Assembly (NCBI GenBank): GCA_951406725.2
Contig: OX597824.1
Coordinates: 5,952,001 to 6,016,000 of the forward strand
From: Octopus vulgaris
Lineage: Eukaryota
Direction of reading: 5' to 3'
DNA length: 64,000 nt
Below, in pieces: positions 56,301 through 64,000 of the stretch. The notes below the pieces were generated by a model, which saw only the letters and a program-made list of their open reading frames with translations, was not told the DNA's origin and did not search any database. A program made the position numbers and the translations under genes. The number at the start of each line of letters is the position of its first letter. Within the stretch, counting starts at the first letter, position 1.

Positions 56301-56534
56301 ATCTTTTTTTACTACCCACAAGGAGCTAAACACAGAGGGGACAAACAAAGAAAAAAAAAGGGTCTAAGTCGATTACATCGACCCCAGTGCGTAACTGGTA
56401 CTTAATTCATCGACCCCGAAAGCATGAAAGGCAAAGTCGACCTCGGGGGAATTTTAACTTAGAACGTAACGGCAGACGAAATACGGCTACGCATTTCGCC
56501 CGGCGTGCTAACGTTTCTGCCAGCTCGCCGCCTT
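56301..56534 (-). mobile_element. Full-length SINE family B with 17-bp TSD
   Basis: AAAGCACTAACTATAAT at 56284-56300 and 56535-56551. Confidence 0.92.
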
Positions 56535-57741
56535 AAAGCACTAACTATAATAACCAAACCATATCCTCCGGGACAGCCTCCCATTATAATCTTCTCCCTG
56601 CTCGTTGATTTTGAAGGCGTTCAGCAGTAACAGTTTAAGCCGAACATTAACGACACAAAATCGCATAGTTTCTCTGAGCCTGCAACGTTTAGATGCATTT
56701 AAGTTATTCTCCAGACTCAGCAAGTAGAAGCAAAATATCCTGTCCTAATCATTTTACGTTTCATATCTCAAAGCTCAATAATTAATTATCAGAAAAACGC
56801 TGGTCAAATACGACCGACGGTCATTTATCGGACACGATTTTACTCATGCTGATTTCAAATACAGAAATTTCTGGCAGCAAGACATAATGGTTTTCTTCTA
56901 CAAGTTTGCTTTGTTTTACTTTTGCATCAAATATGAAATTTTATACGATAAATAAATAAATAAATACACACATAAATAAAAATAAATGAATGGACAGTTT
57001 CAGTTTGATGATATGAAATATATCATTACTACCCGCCGATCGATTTGCATAGATTCCATATGCTTCATAAAGTCACCCAATAATTATACATTCATGTTAT
57101 GTCCATCAGTAAAAAAGCAACAACAATGAAAGACAATATGAAATTCCATCAGAGCCAGGCTATAAATATCTTATTAATGCTCATTGATATTAGTTACTAC
57201 GTTCCTGATATGATATCTCTCCCTCGAGAGTCCGGCATCTACTTTTAATATAAACACTTGTTTAGCTTTGTTGGATTTAATATTGCCGCTTTCGTATTCG
57301 TTTCATTTATCTGTTTATTTTTATACATTTATTATTATTTTTTTTTAATTTTCGTTGTATTAAGTAGCGACATATTTTACAAAGCGATGCTTTTCAAATT
57401 CAAGATGAATGATGTCAAAATCACTCTCTTTATTTTCAATAATTTTCCTATTCAGAACATGCAGCACATTCTATAGGATGATACGATAAATCCAATCTGT
57501 CTTTTATTATCACGAAATCTCATTTGTATATCATTTAATAAACTACACAGACAACAACCATATAATTACACACACGCACAACTATACACAGAATACTCGA
57601 ATAATCAATATATGTATATTTCAAAGATACCCAAGTATATTTTATACTCAATAACTACGTAGATATATATATGAATACACACTCACACACACACAGACAC
57701 ATACACACATGAAGACAAACAGACACGCATACATACAGACA

Positions 57742-57818
<77 letters not shown>

Positions 57819-57856
57819 CTCTCTCTCTCTCTCTCTGTATATATATATATATATAT

Positions 57857-58051
57857 AAAGGGAAAGTTTACGAAAATAAACAAAAGACGAAGGCAGGTGG
57901 AGTACAAACAAATGTATTAGTATAGCGCTCAGGGATAGAAATAGAAAAAGTCTTTTACGTTTCGAGCCTACGCTCTTCGACGGAAAGATACACAGAAAAA
58001 AAAACAAGGAGAGAAAAAAATGCGTGTAGGAGCTAACGATCTATCATGGCG
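57857..58051 (-). mobile_element. Short hammerhead-bearing unit (family H1) between (TA)n tracts
   Basis: Homologous to 8373-8576; TA repeats on both flanks. Confidence 0.65.
57951..57988 (-). ncRNA. Minimal type I hammerhead-like motif
   Basis: UCUUU-CCGUCGA-A-GAGC(GUAG)GCUC-GAAA-CG-UA-AAAGA; core has U4C and A6U changes. Confidence 0.5.
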
Positions 58052-58098
<47 letters not shown>

Positions 58099-58332
58099 AT
58101 GTATATGGAGAGAGACAGAAAGAGAAGGAAAGAGATACACACACACATAAGTCACAATATGAAAGTTTCGGTTTTAATATTTAATATTTTAGTAAACATA
58201 TGCATGCTTAGTATTACTTTTCCTCTTTCGCATTATCTCTATGACTTTGTGTCTGTCAACCTCCCTGTCTCTAGCTGTCGGTTCCTCTTTTCCCTACAAA
58301 CGCACAAACACGCAGCAGGCGCACACACTTTA

Positions 58333-58468
<136 letters not shown>

Positions 58469-58664
58469 TGCACACACACAGGGACACACATACATGTGTA
58501 TAAATATATGCATATATTGATACATAGATAGATTGATAGATAGATAGAATGATAGATGGGTATAGATATGTATCTTTCTCTCTCTCTCTGTTTTTCTTTC
58601 TGGACACTCACATACATATGCACACGCACACACACAAACACACACATACACACACACACACGCG

Positions 58665-58722
<58 letters not shown>

Positions 58723-61170
58723 GGAAGAAAATTCTGTCACATTTGAAAATCTAAAAAGAACTAAAATCTTTTGGGTCTGGATTGATGTATTTACTCAAGA
58801 TATTATTTACTCTCATTGTTGATAAGAATACCAATTATCAAGCATTCTATTTATTTCTTGTCTGTAAAACGTCTTCATCATTTTTAACCTCTTCATAATT
58901 AGTAAATGTTTGCCATGTAAATCAGTAGTGATCGGAAAATATGACAGTCTGATAGAGCAGACGGGCTCAACAAGATGAGGATGGTTTATGCTACCAGAGA
59001 CAGATTTTTACCCTCCTAAACTTGACCCTGCTAAGTGTAGAAGATCTAACGGCTTGAGGGTAACAGTGCTGAATAAGGACACAGCCGGTACTCATTGAAC
59101 CTAAGTGGACTAAAGCAATGTAAAACGAAATGTTTCGTTCAAGGATCAAATCCAATGACTTATGGTCGTATGTCAAGGATCCGTTCGAAGAAACTTAGTC
59201 AATCAAGTATTTAAGATGTATTTCTACAGACAGTTTTTCAGAATAGTTAATCAATAAATTTGAATTAACAATATGTTTATAAAGATGTACTTGCATAGCA
59301 AGTAACCTGATCTGAGATCTTGTGCTGCAACGAAAACAATTTCAGCGTGGAAGGTGTTTAAAAGCCATTTAAAAACACAGAAATATGTTTATGCCCAGGC
59401 AGAATGTAAGAAAGAAATTTCCTTAAAAAAATTGTAAGCAGAAATGAATAATTTTATAAAAATCGATACTGATGCTGAACTCTGTAGTTCAGATTTAAGA
59501 CAAAATAATAGTCTTCATATAGAGTATCAACATCAATGAAACATGTTTATTCCATCTAACAGAAAATTTATTGATAACATATATTGTTGAGCGTACACGT
59601 GCATAATCGATATTTACAAATGTGCTTCAGAATATTGTTATACAGACTGCATAATTTGTTAAAGGATGTTTTCTATTAAACAACCAATGCGCATTGCATG
59701 TCCTAAAATCTGCTTTGTTACTGCATATAAAATTTCAAATATGTGCAGATGTCGAATAGTTTACTATTATATGTAATATGCATCCCTTACTATATATATA
59801 TCAAATATTCTTCACTGAAATGTGTATTTTTTCAGTGCTTCAAACTCAGTTATATTCAATACACTTTTCCTTTAGTCACGGGGTTATCTGCCCATTACTT
59901 AATTGGCTTTACAACTGTTACAATACACATTTTGTCATATCAGGTCAGCTCTTGACCTCATTTAAAAAGGATTCTGAATTGGCTGACGTTGAAATCGAAT
60001 GGACAGTAGCATTGGCCCAGTAGAATTAAATGATTGTGTTCTAAACCTCTTTCCTTGGCATATCAATTAAAAAAAAACCCCTTGAACAACTAAAGTTTGA
60101 ACTATAATGCCTGATGGGATTGAATCTTAAAGATAAAGATAAGGGAAACGTTACGTTTAACTGGTATAATTAAACCGTGACCATCATCTAATATTCATTT
60201 ATACACGTTGGCAAAACTGGCTCCATCAACTTACACAGACATCATGCCTTTCATTACTACTCTATAACACATCTGTAACTCCCCAATGTTTAGTGCCTTC
60301 AGAATGCTCACAAACACTTTTTCTCGGCTTGACTCGCCACTCTACAATAATTTTACGAAAACGTCTTTTATTTTGTTGTGTCTGGGGAGAATCATTCTCT
60401 TTTGGTGCCTTATAATATACACCCTCACCAGTAAATTTTCCACTCATTTCTTTTTTATTTTTCTAAAATTTTCCTTGCGTCTTACAACCTTTTCAATAGT
60501 CGTTCACTCTGTCCGTTACTCTTTTATTCTAGCATAATTATACGATCGTATTGGCGTTGCACTTAGAAGTCGCAATGTAAAACTACTAACTTTCATAAAA
60601 AATATCTTGATATTTTCTCTTCTACTGGGAATTATTTCAATCTTTATAAAAACGCTACAGCATTCGCATCCCGAAAAATGCAATCACTATTTTCACTTAC
60701 AACTTCACAACGTTAGAACCAATCGTTTGGAGAATAACTAACTCTACAGGGAGATAATCTGGTCTGAGCAGTCTATCGTTGTATTACATTTTTAAGAAAT
60801 GGTCTTCCATGCATGAAACGTCACTTGTACGGGACGATTGTATGTATACCACACTAACGGCACCACCAAAGCATTGCGTCCATGTTTGCTTGAATGTGTG
60901 CTGCTTGCTCATAAACTGCTAGAATGAAAACACATTTTGAGTGAATGCAAAAGTGTAAAATTGCCGTCGGTTGGATTTGTGGTCAAATTCTCATTTGTGA
61001 CAAAAATATGAAAGAACATCTTGACGAGATTAAATAGCATCCAAACAAGTAGAAATATATGTCTGATATAAAAAAGAGAAAGCGTTGAGCTCGAAATAAT
61101 GGGAACGATTACCATGTGTAAAGGTAGAAGTAAGAAAAACTTCAATATACATTCAGGTAATAAAGATTTT

Positions 61171-61337
61171 GTGGAGGCGCGTGGCTTCGTGGTTAGGGTG
61201 TCAGTATCATGATCGTAAGATCGTGGTTTCGAGTCCTGGACCGGGCGACGCGTTGTGTTCTTGAGCAAAACCTTCATTTCACGTTGCTCCAGTCCACTTA
61301 GCTGGCAAAAGTGAGTAACGATGCGATGGACAGGCGT
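61171..61337 (+). mobile_element. SINE family C, tRNA-derived head
   Basis: TGGCTTCGTGG A-box, GTTTCGAGTCC B-box, then GTGTTCTTGAGCAAAACC..CATTTCACGTTGCTCCAGTCCAC. Confidence 0.85.
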
Positions 61338-61728
61338 TTTATACGTTTTTATTATTATTTTGCAATTTACTTAATCATCGGTATTATTGTTATTTTAATT
61401 CTAGTATTTCTATTATATGTAATTTTCTAGATGGTGTAATTTAATTGTTCATTTTGAATTGATAAAAGGTGTTTTTTTTCTAATTTATATGTAGTGAGAG
61501 AGAAAAAGAGAGAGTGGCAGTAGATATTTTGATCGAACAAAATACGTTATTTCTGTTGGATTTTCAAGTTGCTGGTCTTAACAAACGGTTGCAAATCCTG
61601 ACAGAAATTCCGAGCTGAATTTTCTAGTCAAGTTGCAAAGAATTGGTACAGATAACGTAAGACATTTTGTTCGGCACGATAACAACTCGGCTCACTCCCC
61701 GTTGACACACGCGCACAAACACACAGAT

Positions 61729-61780
<52 letters not shown>

Positions 61781-62212
61781 GAATGGATGAGCGTATAACT
61801 AGAGAGATAATAGAGACATTTTTCTCATATTTTCCTCAGGGTAAAGCTGTAATGCTAACCAACACTCTATGCAACAGTAAATTATAAACAGTTAGTTTTT
61901 ATATGCAATAGCTTCGTGAAACATGAGAAAAAAAAATTTGCCGGAATGTAATACAGTATTTGCCAAAATGCTGTTAACGCAGCAGTAATACGTTAATCGA
62001 ATTAACTCCAAAGCATATGCAGCGACTGATTGATTGATATTCACAGCTCCTCATTCTTATGGCGTTTGATGGGTGACGCCAGAGTTTTGATGTCAATTCT
62101 GAATATCATTGATAAAAGAAATTGGGGAAATATGGCGCCTTGCCACATTATTTCTGAAGTTAACAAAACCACTTCATATGTGTGCAGTAACAATGGGGAA
62201 CTAGATGCATAG

Positions 62213-62324
<112 letters not shown>

Positions 62325-62449
62325 AGATGGACACAAAGCAATAGAGAAACACACACAGACAGAAAGAGAGAGACAAATACATACTTTTACACACATACAT
62401 TCATTCATATATATATATATATATATGCTTGTGTGTGTGTATGTATATG

Positions 62450-62503
<54 letters not shown>

Positions 62504-63210
62504 CAGACAGAGAGAGAGAGAGATACATACATACATTCATTCATATATATATATGTGTGTGTGTGTGTGTATGTATGTGTGTATACATACACATATATAT
62601 ATATATATATACAGAGAGAGAGAGAGAGAGATGCTCACACATGTACATGCATAAATAGATACATGTATACACACCACCCACATACACATGCCTGTACACA
62701 TATATACGTGTATACATATATATCACTTCGTATCACATCGTATCGTATCATTTAAGAGACATTCTTGCTTCCGTTCAAATTATCCTCCCTTCGAGAGACA
62801 TGTAAATATATGCCGCGTGGCAAATGGGAAAGAAGATCTAATGAGAAGTGGGAATAGACTCAAGAATCATTAATTCTCAGGAATTAACATTGCCATTGAG
62901 GAAAATGTATTCTGATTGTCTGCTGATAAGAGGATGACATGTATTTCTGCTTCAGTGAGTGTCTTTAGGACAATGATTATTTAGCTTTACCAGAAACAAG
63001 AAACATACACATACACGATAAGAGAAGAGAACATTTATATGAGAGGAAAGTTTTCGGACTCTAAGCGTAAACGCCCCATGTGAAACTGTTCACATGCATC
63101 AATGGCACTAAATGCGAATAAATGTATATGAAATCCATACACAACAATATCTTGAATCATTAAAAAGGTATGTGTGGACATGCCCGTATGCATATATCTG
63201 TATGTATATG

Positions 63211-63214
<4 letters not shown>

Positions 63215-63281
<67 letters not shown>

Positions 63282-63288
63282 AGATAGA

Positions 63289-63370
<82 letters not shown>

Positions 63371-63372
63371 TA

Positions 63373-63408
<36 letters not shown>

Positions 63409-63416
63409 AGACAGAC

Positions 63417-63477
<61 letters not shown>

Positions 63478-63482
63478 CAGAC

Positions 63483-63561
<79 letters not shown>

Positions 63562-63565
63562 CAGA
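63215..63565. repeat. (TA)n followed by (GATA)n microsatellite
   Basis: Directly visible. Confidence 0.95.
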
Positions 63566-63604
63566 CGGACAGACACATAGACAGACAGCGGGACATATTC
63601 TTTT

Positions 63605-63800
63605 GCATGTTTCAGTCATCTGAGTGCGGCCATGCTGGAACACCGCCTTTAGTCGAGCAAATCAACCCAAGGCATATGCTTTGTAAGCTAAGTACTTATT
63701 CTATCTGGCACTTTTTGCCTAACCGCTAAGTGACGAGGACGTAAACACACCAACATCGGTTGGCATGCGATTGTCTGGGACAAACACAAACACAAATAAC
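63605..63800 (-). mobile_element. SINE family A tail
   Basis: GTTTCAGTCAT..GCGGCCATGCTGGA.CACCGCCTTTAGTCGAGC...AACCGCTAAGT. Confidence 0.85.
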
Positions 63801-64000
63801 AAATGCATGGTCAAACACAAGCACGCACACACACACACACACATATATACATACATGTGTATACACATATGAATGTAGGGCTATGCATTCAATATCGTTT
63901 AATTCAATCTAAGAATAGTAAAGTAGTTCAAAACTGGTAAAACTAGTAGAGATGTGTACTACCTCTACTATCTTTAACAGTTTTGTATTATTTTATTATT

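Noticed and set aside
61171-61245. tRNA gene
   Set aside because: A and B boxes are present but there is no proper cloverleaf or terminator, and it runs into a SINE body found elsewhere in the window

Overview
AT-rich, microsatellite-saturated eukaryotic DNA with no intact protein-coding gene that I can support. The three recurring tRNA-derived SINE families and the (TA)n/(TATG)n/(GATA)n/(AAT)n load match what I recognise as octopus (cephalopod) genomic DNA; this is an inference. Nearly all long ORFs in the track are translated microsatellites. The recognisable content is a set of decayed transposons: about 25 SINE copies or fragments (several with clear target-site duplications), a full-length but frameshifted mariner nested inside a SINE, other Tc1/mariner fragments, Gypsy, CR1/L2, RTE and R4/Dong-like remnants, a non-autonomous Helitron and several Penelope-like (PLE) remnants. 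The most interesting signal is a set of short non-coding units sitting in (TA)n tracts that carry type I hammerhead-ribozyme motifs. They fall into two sequence families, one with covarying stems, and include a ~183-bp palindrome with a hammerhead on each strand upstream of a Penelope ORF. There are also several long fold-back elements and one GC-rich, pre-miRNA-like hairpin. All folds, alignments and coordinates were read by eye.
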